Source of the DNA: a virus
IMG/VR virus record: IMGVR_UViG_3300012952_000020
Coordinates: 1-64,000 of that record
Direction: 5' to 3' (one strand)
Length of the DNA: 64,000 bases
Part shown: positions 9,394 through 18,168 of the stretch, in pieces
Layout of the letters: every line of letters starts with the position of its first letter
How positions within the stretch are numbered: the first letter of the stretch is position 1
Made by a program: the position numbers and the translations under genes
The notes under the pieces: generated by a model
Database searches by the model: none
Seen by the model: only the letters and a program-made list of their open reading frames with translations
Told to the model about the DNA's origin: nothing

Positions 9394-9896
9394 GCCTCCC
9401 CGACGTGGGGAGCGTGCGCCAAGTACAACAAAGCCAACGCATCAGCCGAGAAGTCCTCTGGAGACAGCGACGAGCGTAACTGTTGGAGCCTTGCGACTGT
9501 CTCCGGCAGGAGTTCATCGACGAATGTGGGGTCCAGCAACAGCAACTTGAGTATCCCTACCTCCGTCAACTTCCAGACCGGATACTCGACATGACCAGAA
9601 CCTATCTCAATCCCTGTGTCCTCGAACCAGCCTGTCTCTACCAACTGACCGGCTACCTTCCCCCACCGTTTGCCCCAGTCCGTGACCTTCATGATCAAGC
9701 CTGCGTCGGGGAGCGGAGGAAACAGATCGACGTTGACCGTCAACCGACTGTAGGGAGTACCGTCCGGCGACCATGCCATGAGAAGCAGACAGTGTGGAGA
9801 CTCGACAAAGCGACCAATCTCCAAAGTGACCTTCTCCCCATCCAACTCTACCTCACCGAAGACCATGCTCCGGGTTCTTCCAAGTTGCCTTTTCAT
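9390..9896 (-). CDS. DUF4313-like protein
   Basis: PYSRLTVN ... TGIEIGSGHVEYPVWKL pattern. Confidence 0.6.
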   Translation of the reverse strand: MKRQLGRTRSMVFGEVELDGEKVTLEIGRFVESPHCLLLMAWSPDGTPYSRLTVNVDLFPPLPDAGLIMKVTDWGKRWGKVAGQLVETGWFEDTGIEIGSGHVEYPVWKLTEVGILKLLLLDPTFVDELLPETVARLQQLRSSLSPEDFSADALALLYLAHAPHVGEA

Positions 9897-10468
9897 GACT
9901 TGCCCTCCGCTGACCAAGCGCCACTCAGCCCAAATGCTTCCGGCTCGTCAGGGACGAACCAGCCGTGCTCACACAGTGCGTCAAAGATTGCCTCGTCCGT
10001 GGGCGAGATTCCGTGGTAGCTCCAATCCAACTCTCGGCCCAATACGATGTGGTCCACTTCCTCGTGAACCTCTCCGTCGTGCTTGTACGCTACCCGCTGC
10101 AACTCCTGACCCATGTGCTCCGAGTGGATCTCCCATTCCCTGCGGGAGTGGTCCTCGTCATCCAGCACCGGGTAGTTAGCCAGTGCCGCCTCGATTTCCT
10201 CTGCCACCTTTGCCGCTGGTGTGTCCGGCTTGACGATGATGATCTCAAACCAGCCACAGCCCCAGTGGTTGAACGAGTGCTCCTCGTAGTCCTCGCCGGG
10301 AGAATCCTGCTCCAGCATCCTGATTGCCGAGTCGTAGTTTGACTGAGCCAGCACCTCCGAATCCCGATTTCTTCCGACCGGGACGACCAACCAATCCTGT
10401 CGGTCGTGGAGCGAAAGCCCCGCAACGTCGAACCCTGTAGGTCTGAACTGTTTGTACGTTTCCATCAT
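9893..10468 (-). CDS. Conserved phage hypothetical protein
   Basis: RDSEVLAQSN, HWGCGWFE, NYPVLDDEDHS motifs; GGAGG RBS. Confidence 0.7.
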   Translation of the reverse strand: MMETYKQFRPTGFDVAGLSLHDRQDWLVVPVGRNRDSEVLAQSNYDSAIRMLEQDSPGEDYEEHSFNHWGCGWFEIIIVKPDTPAAKVAEEIEAALANYPVLDDEDHSRREWEIHSEHMGQELQRVAYKHDGEVHEEVDHIVLGRELDWSYHGISPTDEAIFDALCEHGWFVPDEPEAFGLSGAWSAEGKS

Positions 10469-10614
10469 GCACCTCCCTTGGATTCCGCTTCCTCGATTGC
10501 CTCGATTGCCGTCCACTTGATGACCCCGCACTTGAGCACCGGGTCGGTGGGGCGAGTCGCTTCCGCGAGGATTTCCTTCAACGCTTTCAACAGCTTCCTT
10601 TCCAACGCAGTCAT
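10465..10614 (-). CDS. 49-aa hypothetical protein
   Basis: MTALERKLLKALKEILAE...; GGAGG RBS; coupled at both ends. Confidence 0.55.
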   Translation of the reverse strand: MTALERKLLKALKEILAEATRPTDPVLKCGVIKWTAIEAIEEAESKGGA

Positions 10615-11072
10615 CACTCACCTCCCGTCTGCGCCATCGTCGGTGCGTCCAGAATGTCACTCGTATCGACTTTCACATCGCCGTAAAGCCAGCCCATCGC
10701 CCGCTTCATGATCTGTGCGTCTGCCCTGACAATAGCCCCGATGCTAATGCCAAAAACCCTGTGGGTAACGTCCCGATCCCACTGGGAGAAGAACGCATCC
10801 GTGTTGGGAATCTCCGCAGGGTTTCCTCCCTCCGGTCCTGCGTGGCACTGCCTCGGGGCGTGAGTAGCCTCGTAGCAACGCAGGTCTGCCCTGCTCAACA
10901 GGACCGTATCAATGTCCAGCCCTTCGTGCATGACTGGTGTTTGCGTGGCGATTGAAACCTGACGGTTATCCATCTGAAAGACGATGTTCGCCGTCTTCCC
11001 CCACGGTGTGACTATTGGTTGGTGTCCAAAGACCTTCCAGCCCTTGCTCTCATTCGACTCTGATTCTGACAT
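10614..11072 (-). CDS. Hypothetical protein
   Basis: GGAGG RBS before ATG 11072. Confidence 0.7.
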   Translation of the reverse strand: MSESESNESKGWKVFGHQPIVTPWGKTANIVFQMDNRQVSIATQTPVMHEGLDIDTVLLSRADLRCYEATHAPRQCHAGPEGGNPAEIPNTDAFFSQWDRDVTHRVFGISIGAIVRADAQIMKRAMGWLYGDVKVDTSDILDAPTMAQTGGE

Positions 11073-11110
11073 AATGTCCTCCCGGCCTGCGCCGTTCGTT
11101 GGTGGGAGTC

Positions 11111-11142
11111 GGTGAACCGATACACCATTGTACCGATTCACC
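11111..11142 (-). other. 14-bp intergenic RNA hairpin
   Basis: GGTGAATCGGTACA-ATGG-TGTATCGGTTCACC (two G-U pairs). Confidence 0.6.
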
Positions 11143-11155
11143 TTTCCCTTGTTTG

Positions 11156-11611
11156 TCAAGTACCTCGTTCCAAGACCTTGACCATTTCAGCTTGACCATC
11201 CTCATGCTTGACGCATCCGATGACCGTTCCATGTCGGAACTCGAACTCGGTTCCGTCCGACAGATTGTGCCGGATCTTGTCCTCGCTGTTGAACGGGACG
11301 TATGCGAGCAGGTTCCTGACTCCGGTAGAATCCTCTACCACCATCTTCGCCGCTCCCCACTTCAACCCGTTTTCCTTCGGGTCGATGTCCTCTGACGCAA
11401 AGTACGCTCCGAGGAAGTGACAGAACTCGCACCGAGCCTCCGGGTTGACCAGATACTTCGGGAGCAACGGGGTGCCTCGATCTCCGGGGTGTCTGCCCTG
11501 TTTCTTGATGACGATGGTTCCAGTTTCCTGACCACAGGCACCGCAGGCTTCCATGAACGGATGACCGACTGGTGCGCGCATGAAATCCTCTTGGGTTGCG
11601 TAGTTATTCAC
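11156..11611 (-). CDS. Hypothetical zinc-finger protein
   Basis: CGAC and CEFC motifs; GTG start. Confidence 0.65.
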   Translation of the reverse strand: MNNYATQEDFMRAPVGHPFMEACGACGQETGTIVIKKQGRHPGDRGTPLLPKYLVNPEARCEFCHFLGAYFASEDIDPKENGLKWGAAKMVVEDSTGVRNLLAYVPFNSEDKIRHNLSDGTEFEFRHGTVIGCVKHEDGQAEMVKVLERGT

Positions 11612-11789
11612 CTCGCACCCCCTCGACCTTCCGCTTCGCCAAAATGTCCTTGAGCGTAGCCTCGGGTCCGTAGACCTCAACCATCTGATTCAACAGGTTC
11701 GACACGTCCTTGGCTTTGCCTGCCATCCGCATGGACCGAAGCCCCATGTCTACCTTGACCCTTCCTCGTCCGTTGCGTGACTCAGCCAT
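11604..11789 (-). CDS. Hypothetical protein
   Basis: 61 aa; AGGAGG RBS. Confidence 0.6.
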   Translation of the reverse strand: MAESRNGRGRVKVDMGLRSMRMAGKAKDVSNLLNQMVEVYGPEATLKDILAKRKVEGVRGE

Positions 11790-11985
11790 TGGACACCTCC
11801 TTGGCTTGCGCCTCGCTGCGGGAAACGTCAGCGGTCTTGACTGCGTACTGCATACCGCCTTCTCCGCATCGCTTCACCTTTACGGTGTCACCGGGTACGA
11901 ATCCCTCGTTCTCCAACCTTGACCTATGCTCGCTGGCTTCCGCGTACGAGTTGTAGGTCGCCTGAATCTTCCATGTTCTACTCAT
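11782..11985 (-). CDS. Hypothetical protein
   Basis: AGGAGG RBS before ATG 11985. Confidence 0.65.
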   Translation of the reverse strand: MSRTWKIQATYNSYAEASEHRSRLENEGFVPGDTVKVKRCGEGGMQYAVKTADVSRSEAQAKEVSNG

Positions 11986-12026
11986 GGTTTCCTCCTGCCT
12001 TTCGGCGTTCACTGAATCGGGTGTCT

Positions 12027-12094
12027 GCCTCGTCAGCACCGGGGTAACAAATCCCCGATGTACCCGTCGCCTCCTTGGGACGACGAGTTTCGGC
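12027..12094 (-). ncRNA. Hammerhead ribozyme, type II (HHR-1)
   Basis: gcc GAAA CUCGUCGUC-loop-GGCGACGGG UA/ CAUCGGGG-loop-CCCCGGUG CUGACGA ggc: full core, three stems; predicted cut after 12061 (GUA). Confidence 0.85.
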
Positions 12095-12102
12095 TATGGT
12101 TT

Positions 12103-12378
12103 CTACGATTGCTTGAAGTACAGGATCTTCCAATCCGAGTCAGGTTCCGTCGCCTTGGACAGCCACCGCTTCAAGGTCTGCTTTTGCACACCCATCATGT
12201 CCGATGCCATGTCCAAGTTGCCGCCCTTCGCCTCGATGTGGTTGAGAGCACCGATTGCCCTCTCCCGCTGATACTGGGTGTAGCTGATCCTTCTCGCCAC
12301 ACCGTTCAGCCTTCGTGCGTGTCCGTGCATTTCAATACAGATCGCAATCACCTCGTCGCCGGACAACTTCTTACTCAT
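12103..12378 (-). CDS. HTH-containing protein
   Basis: NLDMASDMMGVQKQTLKRW helix-turn-helix pattern. Confidence 0.6.
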   Translation of the reverse strand: MSKKLSGDEVIAICIEMHGHARRLNGVARRISYTQYQRERAIGALNHIEAKGGNLDMASDMMGVQKQTLKRWLSKATEPDSDWKILYFKQS

Positions 12379-13060
12379 CGCCGCCTTCCTCTACCGCTGG
12401 GTGCCTTGCAGCATCCTCGATAGCCTGACGTTGTTCCTCGATCCGAGCCTTGATTGCCTCCTGTTCTTCACGAACCTCCCAAGGAGGACGTTTCTCAGCC
12501 CGACGCCAATCGTGCTCCCAGCCAGCCCGCATACCCAAAATCGTCTCCTTCGGTACTGCGTGCTCCGTTCGCTCTGCGAGGTCGTGAACCGACAGCCCGC
12601 CGTCCAACATGTCCAAGACGTGAACTCGAACCTCGTGGGCATCTGCCAGTCGGAAGTACGGCTCCATTGTCCACCGCTTGTCGAACGTGTTGTGGACGAC
12701 GATGAGGTCAGCCTTGTTCTCACCAAACAGTCGGTCCACCTCGTCAGCGCACCAGCGATGAGCCTTACCGAGAAGATGACCGCTCCAGCGATACTCGACC
12801 TCTCCGTAAGACGCTGGGTCAAGCCGCTGGTCGTACTGATCCGGGTCTTCGATTGTTGCCATCTGACTACGGCGAACATCAATCACCGGGTCGTCATCCT
12901 TCAACCGCTTCTTCAACCCTTCCGGGGGTGTGCCTTTGTACAGGCACATGTAGTCATCCGCTGACCGCATGAACCTTCGGTCGTTGTCTCCGCAGATCAA
13001 CCTCGCCATTGAGGTCTTTCCTGATCCGCTCAATCCTCTCAACAATATCAACGTCTTCAT
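12371..13060 (-). CDS. P-loop kinase (AAA_33 / N4BP2-like, polynucleotide-kinase type)
   Basis: LILLRGLSGSGKT, SADDY, VVHNTF, HAVPKETI. Confidence 0.8.
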   Translation of the reverse strand: MKTLILLRGLSGSGKTSMARLICGDNDRRFMRSADDYMCLYKGTPPEGLKKRLKDDDPVIDVRRSQMATIEDPDQYDQRLDPASYGEVEYRWSGHLLGKAHRWCADEVDRLFGENKADLIVVHNTFDKRWTMEPYFRLADAHEVRVHVLDMLDGGLSVHDLAERTEHAVPKETILGMRAGWEHDWRRAEKRPPWEVREEQEAIKARIEEQRQAIEDAARHPAVEEGGDE

Positions 13061-14112
13061 ACTTTCTCTCCGATTGTGTGACTGCCGACGGCTCTCGCAC
13101 TGTCGATGGTGCAGTCCTGTTGTTGTTTATCCTGATGCCACTCTACAAAGTTGGGGTGACGGACGGCACCGTTGGGAAAGACTCCCTTTCCGTTCACCTT
13201 GAATACCCTCCCGACGAACTTGCCGGGATTGTCAAACATCTCCGTTCGCTGTGCCTCGGTCAAGCCGGAAACGCGAACCGCCTCCTTCAACTCTCCCTCG
13301 ACGTACAGACCTCCGATGACTGACTTGACCATGCGCCCCTTGTACTTGTCTGCGTTGCTCTGCCGGAATCCCATGCAGACATAATCGACTTCGTACGTGC
13401 GCTTGATTCTCGCCCAGCCCTCTCCGAAGGGTGCCGATCCCTCTTTCAGAATCAGCCCCTCCCAATCCTCTGCCAGAACCCAATCAGCCCAGATTCGCTG
13501 TACCAAGTCCGTGATGCCCTCGTCCCGAGAAGTCCTCCACTGCGGTATGCACTGGATTCGACCTCGCGACGTGACCGACAGGGGATTCGGTGACGAGTGG
13601 GTCGCAATCGACGGAAGCCCCGCTGACGGCTTGCCGAAAACAACCTGCTCCAGAAACGCCCGCCGTGTCCATTGGGGCTTGTCTCGGAAACACTGCCCTC
13701 CGAACTCCACCAAGTCGAAGGCCATGAACTGACCTGTCAACTTTCGCCGCTTCGACCAGTTGGTGCCGAACATGAACTCCCCGTGAAGCACGATCCGACT
13801 CCCGCCGACTGCGTACCCCGTGTCGTCCTCTCCCGAGTCCCGAAAGTAGCCCCAAGGACTGAATGGGACCGCCAGCTTGAACTCATCCTTCAAGGTTCCG
13901 TTTCGGGAGTAGACCTTGACCGAGGTTCCCTCAATCACCATCTGCCCCCAGATGCCATCGCCTTTCAACTCAACGACGTTCCAAGGTGGCTCCGGGTTGC
14001 CCTTCCACTGGAGGACGCTCTGCCCTGCCGCCTCGTACTTGAATCGTACGTTGGTGAACTTCGGACGGTTCAGAACCATCCCCTCGTAGACCTTCTGCTT
14101 GGTTCCCATCAC
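13057..14112 (-). CDS. ATP-dependent DNA ligase
   Basis: Motif I ELKGDG, LHGE, AFDL, EGLILK, OB-fold C-terminus with RHP. Confidence 0.85.
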   Translation of the reverse strand: MMGTKQKVYEGMVLNRPKFTNVRFKYEAAGQSVLQWKGNPEPPWNVVELKGDGIWGQMVIEGTSVKVYSRNGTLKDEFKLAVPFSPWGYFRDSGEDDTGYAVGGSRIVLHGEFMFGTNWSKRRKLTGQFMAFDLVEFGGQCFRDKPQWTRRAFLEQVVFGKPSAGLPSIATHSSPNPLSVTSRGRIQCIPQWRTSRDEGITDLVQRIWADWVLAEDWEGLILKEGSAPFGEGWARIKRTYEVDYVCMGFRQSNADKYKGRMVKSVIGGLYVEGELKEAVRVSGLTEAQRTEMFDNPGKFVGRVFKVNGKGVFPNGAVRHPNFVEWHQDKQQQDCTIDSARAVGSHTIGEKV

Positions 14113-14534
14113 TCACCTCCTTCGACTGGTCGTCGGTACTCGGTGGGGAGTTCCACGACCTCCCCGTCATTTGTGACGCCGAGGTGCTCGTGCTCGTTCT
14201 CCCCTCCCCAGTCATTCAAGTCCTCTGCAATCTCCGGGATCGTGAACATCACGTTTGCCCGAACAGCGCCGTTGCTTTCGGGGTCCATCGCCGTGATGGT
14301 CCTTGCCCCGATGTACCCGTCGTACCTCGCCAGCGCCAAACTGTCGTTCTCACCTTCCAGCAACTCCCGCATACGCTCTGCGAGCCTTGCAACGGCGATG
14401 CCCATGTCCGTCAGACGTTTGCGTGGGGAGTAGTCGAGGAAGTCCTCACCGCACTCCGTAAACTCCCCACTCATTTCATCGACCAGCCTATCGACCATGA
14501 TCTCAATGTCCTCTCGTTCCAAGTTGCTACTCAT
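14109..14534 (-). CDS. Hypothetical protein
   Basis: 141 aa, translationally coupled. Confidence 0.65.
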   Translation of the reverse strand: MSSNLEREDIEIMVDRLVDEMSGEFTECGEDFLDYSPRKRLTDMGIAVARLAERMRELLEGENDSLALARYDGYIGARTITAMDPESNGAVRANVMFTIPEIAEDLNDWGGENEHEHLGVTNDGEVVELPTEYRRPVEGGE

Positions 14535-15265
14535 TTCGCACCTCGCTTGCCGAACGCCTGCTCGACTTCTTCCTGTGACTCAAACCGTTTGAGGACCATT
14601 TGGGTCAACGTACCCTCTGGCGTGATTGCCGCCTCCGTCAGACTCTCTTTCAAGACTTGAAGGAACGGTGTGCTCGCTATCCGGGCAACACCGTTAGCCT
14701 TGTTCGCCTTGGCACAGTGCTCCGGGTCTTCCGTCGAGAACCACGTACGGCAGTTCCAAGGACGGTGCTCGTAGACTGAACAGGCACCATCGACCAACAG
14801 TGGACAGGGCGTGTTCGATGCCTGCGCTTCCCTGAACATCGCCTTCGCCGTGCGCTTGTCATCCTTCTCCAGCATCCTTCGGACATGCCGTGGACCGAAC
14901 AACGCTTTTCGGAAGTAACCTTCCTTGTCCTTGATTGGCGACTGCCCAGCGAACCGTTCCATCCACTCTGACATGTTGTCCTTGACCCGAAGACGAACTG
15001 GCTCCGGCAGGTTGTGGATTGCCACCGTCAGGACAATCGCCTCTGCCGGATTGATCTCGACGCGCTCGTAGCAACAGGCTGTGCAGCCTACGCCGAGGCA
15101 CTTGATTTCCGAGAGGCTTCCGTCTGCCTTCATCCTCTCGACCATACGGTCTGCCTGTTGAAACAGACCCATCACGAACTCGTAGACACGCTCCGTGATG
15201 TCCTCTCCGTCTGGTCCTTCGACCAGCGGCTTGCCGCCCACTCGGGGCATAATCAACTCATCCAT
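14531..15265 (-). CDS. YkgJ-family cysteine-cluster protein
   Basis: CLGVGCTACC ... CPLLVDGACSVYEHRPWNCR. Confidence 0.85.
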   Translation of the reverse strand: MDELIMPRVGGKPLVEGPDGEDITERVYEFVMGLFQQADRMVERMKADGSLSEIKCLGVGCTACCYERVEINPAEAIVLTVAIHNLPEPVRLRVKDNMSEWMERFAGQSPIKDKEGYFRKALFGPRHVRRMLEKDDKRTAKAMFREAQASNTPCPLLVDGACSVYEHRPWNCRTWFSTEDPEHCAKANKANGVARIASTPFLQVLKESLTEAAITPEGTLTQMVLKRFESQEEVEQAFGKRGAK

Positions 15266-15524
15266 TGGACACTCCTTTCAGTCCGGCTTGCTCGATGCTC
15301 GCCATCTTCCTGTTGAACTCGACCTTGGTGATGTGGGTTCCGATTGCCGAGCGCACGGTCAAGAAGATGCGCCAAGGTGTCATACCGAACTCGATGGTTG
15401 CCTGATCTACGAGATTCACCAGCGCCCTTGTTTGCTCGTCGGTGGAGCAGGGCCAAGCGAACCTCAACCAATCTCCGAACGTCGGGGCCTTGCCCAACGT
15501 CGGTTCCTTGTGTTTCGTACTCAT
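15258..15524 (-). CDS. Hypothetical protein
   Basis: GGAGG RBS, ATGA coupling. Confidence 0.6.
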   Translation of the reverse strand: MSTKHKEPTLGKAPTFGDWLRFAWPCSTDEQTRALVNLVDQATIEFGMTPWRIFLTVRSAIGTHITKVEFNRKMASIEQAGLKGVSNG

Positions 15525-15925
15525 GCTGTCCTCCACTGCACTGTGGAGCGGAGCCATTTCCAAAGCCGGATGTACCAAGGGAGCCTGACGACCAGCGGTG
15601 CCGGGTGCGTCTTGCTCTCCTTCCACTCAAGGAACGGGACGCCGGGATCGACTCTCCTATACATGGCGTACTCCCTGCGGAGCATCGCCGTTCGACTGAC
15701 CGTTCGGTACGACCAGCCTCCGTTGCCGTGGTACTTGCTCCACCCGTGTTGGGGAATACCGACCTGCAACCCAGCCTTGACGCACATGTCCCATACGCCT
15801 GACTTGGTTCGCCGTTGTCCTCCAGGTCCAGTGCTGGTGACTGGACCGAACACGAATGAACCGTCCTCCAACTCCGTCAGCCAAGGGATGCCTGTGTTCG
15901 TTGGTTCTCCAGTAGCCGCCCTCAT
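15521..15925 (-). CDS. Hypothetical protein
   Basis: 134 aa, coupled. Confidence 0.6.
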   Translation of the reverse strand: MRAATGEPTNTGIPWLTELEDGSFVFGPVTSTGPGGQRRTKSGVWDMCVKAGLQVGIPQHGWSKYHGNGGWSYRTVSRTAMLRREYAMYRRVDPGVPFLEWKESKTHPAPLVVRLPWYIRLWKWLRSTVQWRTA

Positions 15926-16116
15926 TGGACACCTCCCTTCTCCAAGTCACGCTTGTAGGACTGTGCCTGCATCCGTGAGCACCCACTGACGATGGGTCGG
16001 GCTTCTCCGTGAAAGACAACCCCTCGGTGTCCTTTGGGGAGATCCGACTTGCGGAAGACCGCCCAACTGTAACTGTCATCGCCATTGAACTTTCGCAACG
16101 TGTATGCCGGTTTCAT
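15922..16116 (-). CDS. Hypothetical protein
   Basis: MKPAYTLRKFNGDDSYSWAVF...; coupled. Confidence 0.6.
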   Translation of the reverse strand: MKPAYTLRKFNGDDSYSWAVFRKSDLPKGHRGVVFHGEARPIVSGCSRMQAQSYKRDLEKGGVQ

Positions 16117-16343
16117 TCGACACCCCCGTTCTGCTCGACGTAGCACTCCTCGTACGCTGCCTTGTGACCTTCGTACGTGAAGTTGACTCCTGCATCTTCC
16201 AGCTTCGCCGTGGCACAGTCGTAAGCCGACCACCAGCGAGCCTCCTTTGCCGGTTGCGCTACCAGAATCCAGTAGCCCAATCCGACAACCACGATGGCTG
16301 CAAAGAACAGCCCTGCCAACAGTTCCTTTGTGCGCTCGCTCAT
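16113..16343 (-). CDS. Small membrane protein
   Basis: N-terminal hydrophobic helix. Confidence 0.65.
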   Translation of the reverse strand: MSERTKELLAGLFFAAIVVVGLGYWILVAQPAKEARWWSAYDCATAKLEDAGVNFTYEGHKAAYEECYVEQNGGVE

Positions 16344-16600
16344 GCTTCACCTCCACCGAAATACTCTGTGGAGTAGGTGACGATCCAAGGAGCGTTGCCC
16401 GCACCTTTCTGCATCGCCTTGTAGATGCACGTTTCACCGAGGAACGCGACGATGGTTCCTGCGTCCTTGTCGTGCTCGACCTTGAAGCCCTCAAGCCACA
16501 CCATGTGCTTCACGAGGTCCATCACCTCCTTGTGGGTTCCGAGGCACGAACGCCTTGGGCGTACTGGACTGTTTGCAAATCCTTTTACTGCTGCTTCCAT
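16340..16600 (-). CDS. Hypothetical protein
   Basis: GGAGG RBS. Confidence 0.65.
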   Translation of the reverse strand: MEAAVKGFANSPVRPRRSCLGTHKEVMDLVKHMVWLEGFKVEHDKDAGTIVAFLGETCIYKAMQKGAGNAPWIVTYSTEYFGGGEA

Positions 16601-16655
16601 TTTACTATCCTCCGTCCTCTCGGACTTCTTCGGGTAGGTTTACCCTTGTTTGTCA

Positions 16656-16721
16656 ATGACCTGTCTCATCAGCACGGGGAGGTCATCTTCCGTGGACTCC
16701 CCCCGAAGGGGGAGTTTCGAC
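16656..16721 (-). ncRNA. Hammerhead ribozyme, type II with pseudoknot (HHR-2)
   Basis: guc GAAA CUCCCCC UUCG GGGGGAG UC/ CACGG..AUGACCU..CCGUG CUGAUGA gac AGGUCAU; loop I pairs 7 bp with the 3' tail; cut after 16695 (GUC). Confidence 0.92.
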
Positions 16722-16723
16722 TG

Positions 16724-18112
16724 TTACTTCTTCCGCTGCTGCAACAGGTGAATCATCGCCTGCGTAGCAAGGTCCAACTGCCGACGCTCATGGGCAACGT
16801 CACCGTCATCCCCTGCGAGGTGAGCGACCTCGTGGAACATGACCTCGATGGTGTCTGCCAAGTTGCCGACCGTCTTCCGACTCAGGCAGATGACCTTCTC
16901 CCCTGACTTGAAGGTGCCTCGCACATCATCACCCTCGAACTCCACGACGTTCACATGTGAGAGCACGTCGTACTCGAAAGTGTCCGTTGCGTCCGTTGCC
17001 TGAATCAACCTGCACGCATCGTCGATGTTCTCCTGCTCCTGATCCGTCAGGTCATCCCAACTGTACGTCTGCGTGACCGTCATCCTCCCGTCCCGCTTGG
17101 CGAGGTGGAAGCCTTTGATCCGGGTGTCCTGCTCCAGAACCTCCAATCGGCTTCTGCCTACCACAACGCCCTTCTTGCCAACGTGTGCCAGCTCCTTGGC
17201 TTGGGACAGGTTCTCAACTGGAACTGCGCCTTCACCGTGCTTCCCGAGGAACCGATCTCCGATGTGCTTGACCACTGTGGAATCGTTGACGAAAGCGTAA
17301 GCCTGCTGCGCCTCCATCGCATTGGGATTGTCCAGCACCGCTTCGACGTGATCCCCGAACTCATCCGGCTCATCCCTGAAAGCGGCGACGGTCAGCTTGC
17401 CCAGCGCCCACTTCAAATCCCACTCGTCCACCAACTCACGGTCACGATTGGTTGCCCGTCGGAGGTCGTACCCGTAGGACAGATTGTCCGGTCGCTGCAT
17501 CACCAGCACGCCCTTGTTGAAGATCATGCCCTTGAACTCAGGCTGGAGTAGAATCCGCTCGCCCTCGTACCCGACCGTCTTCACCTTCTCCGGGTCGAAC
17601 GCCTCGTTGGTGAACAGGAACCGATTGCGGAGAGCATCGTACTCCTCCTGCGATACCCCGTACACCTTGACCAAGAACCCTTCACGCGGGTTCTTCAACT
17701 TTCGTGTACGGATGTGGAGCGTGTGACAGTCGAGGTCGCCGTGATGCCTAATCTCGGGAATCCACTGCTCGTCCATGTTCCGAATCACCATGTGGTATCG
17801 GCTCGACCGAGCGATGGTCAACATCGCCATCGGCAGTCCCTCTCCGAACTCACCAATCAGGTTTGCATCACTGCGGGAACCCGAATGGCCCATCGCCATC
17901 GCCTCTGCCGGAACCTTGATACCGAAGTTGTAGATGTTGACGCAGCCGACGAATCCCTGATGCTCCTGCTTCGGGTGAAACTCGACTTTCAGCTTGCCGA
18001 GTCCGTCATGCCTGCTCTCCTCTCCGTCCTTGCCGTTCGCCATCAACTCTCGCAGTGCGTGGTTGATGTTCCATCCCGGCTGATAGTTCATATCCAGTGT
18101 CGTCTTGATCAT
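16724..18112 (-). CDS. GHKL (HATPase-like) ATPase with C-terminal HExxH metallopeptidase-like domain
   Basis: RELMANGKD N-box, IGEFGEGL G-box, C-terminal MFHEVAH..H. Confidence 0.75.
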   Translation of the reverse strand: MIKTTLDMNYQPGWNINHALRELMANGKDGEESRHDGLGKLKVEFHPKQEHQGFVGCVNIYNFGIKVPAEAMAMGHSGSRSDANLIGEFGEGLPMAMLTIARSSRYHMVIRNMDEQWIPEIRHHGDLDCHTLHIRTRKLKNPREGFLVKVYGVSQEEYDALRNRFLFTNEAFDPEKVKTVGYEGERILLQPEFKGMIFNKGVLVMQRPDNLSYGYDLRRATNRDRELVDEWDLKWALGKLTVAAFRDEPDEFGDHVEAVLDNPNAMEAQQAYAFVNDSTVVKHIGDRFLGKHGEGAVPVENLSQAKELAHVGKKGVVVGRSRLEVLEQDTRIKGFHLAKRDGRMTVTQTYSWDDLTDQEQENIDDACRLIQATDATDTFEYDVLSHVNVVEFEGDDVRGTFKSGEKVICLSRKTVGNLADTIEVMFHEVAHLAGDDGDVAHERRQLDLATQAMIHLLQQRKK

Positions 18113-18168
18113 GCTACTTTTCCTCCGTCCGTACCCTCCCCTCGGAGGGTGTTGGACTTCTATGGTTA

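Noticed and set aside
16696-16715. cUUCGg hairpin as a terminator
   Set aside because: No U-tract; it is stem III of HHR-2.
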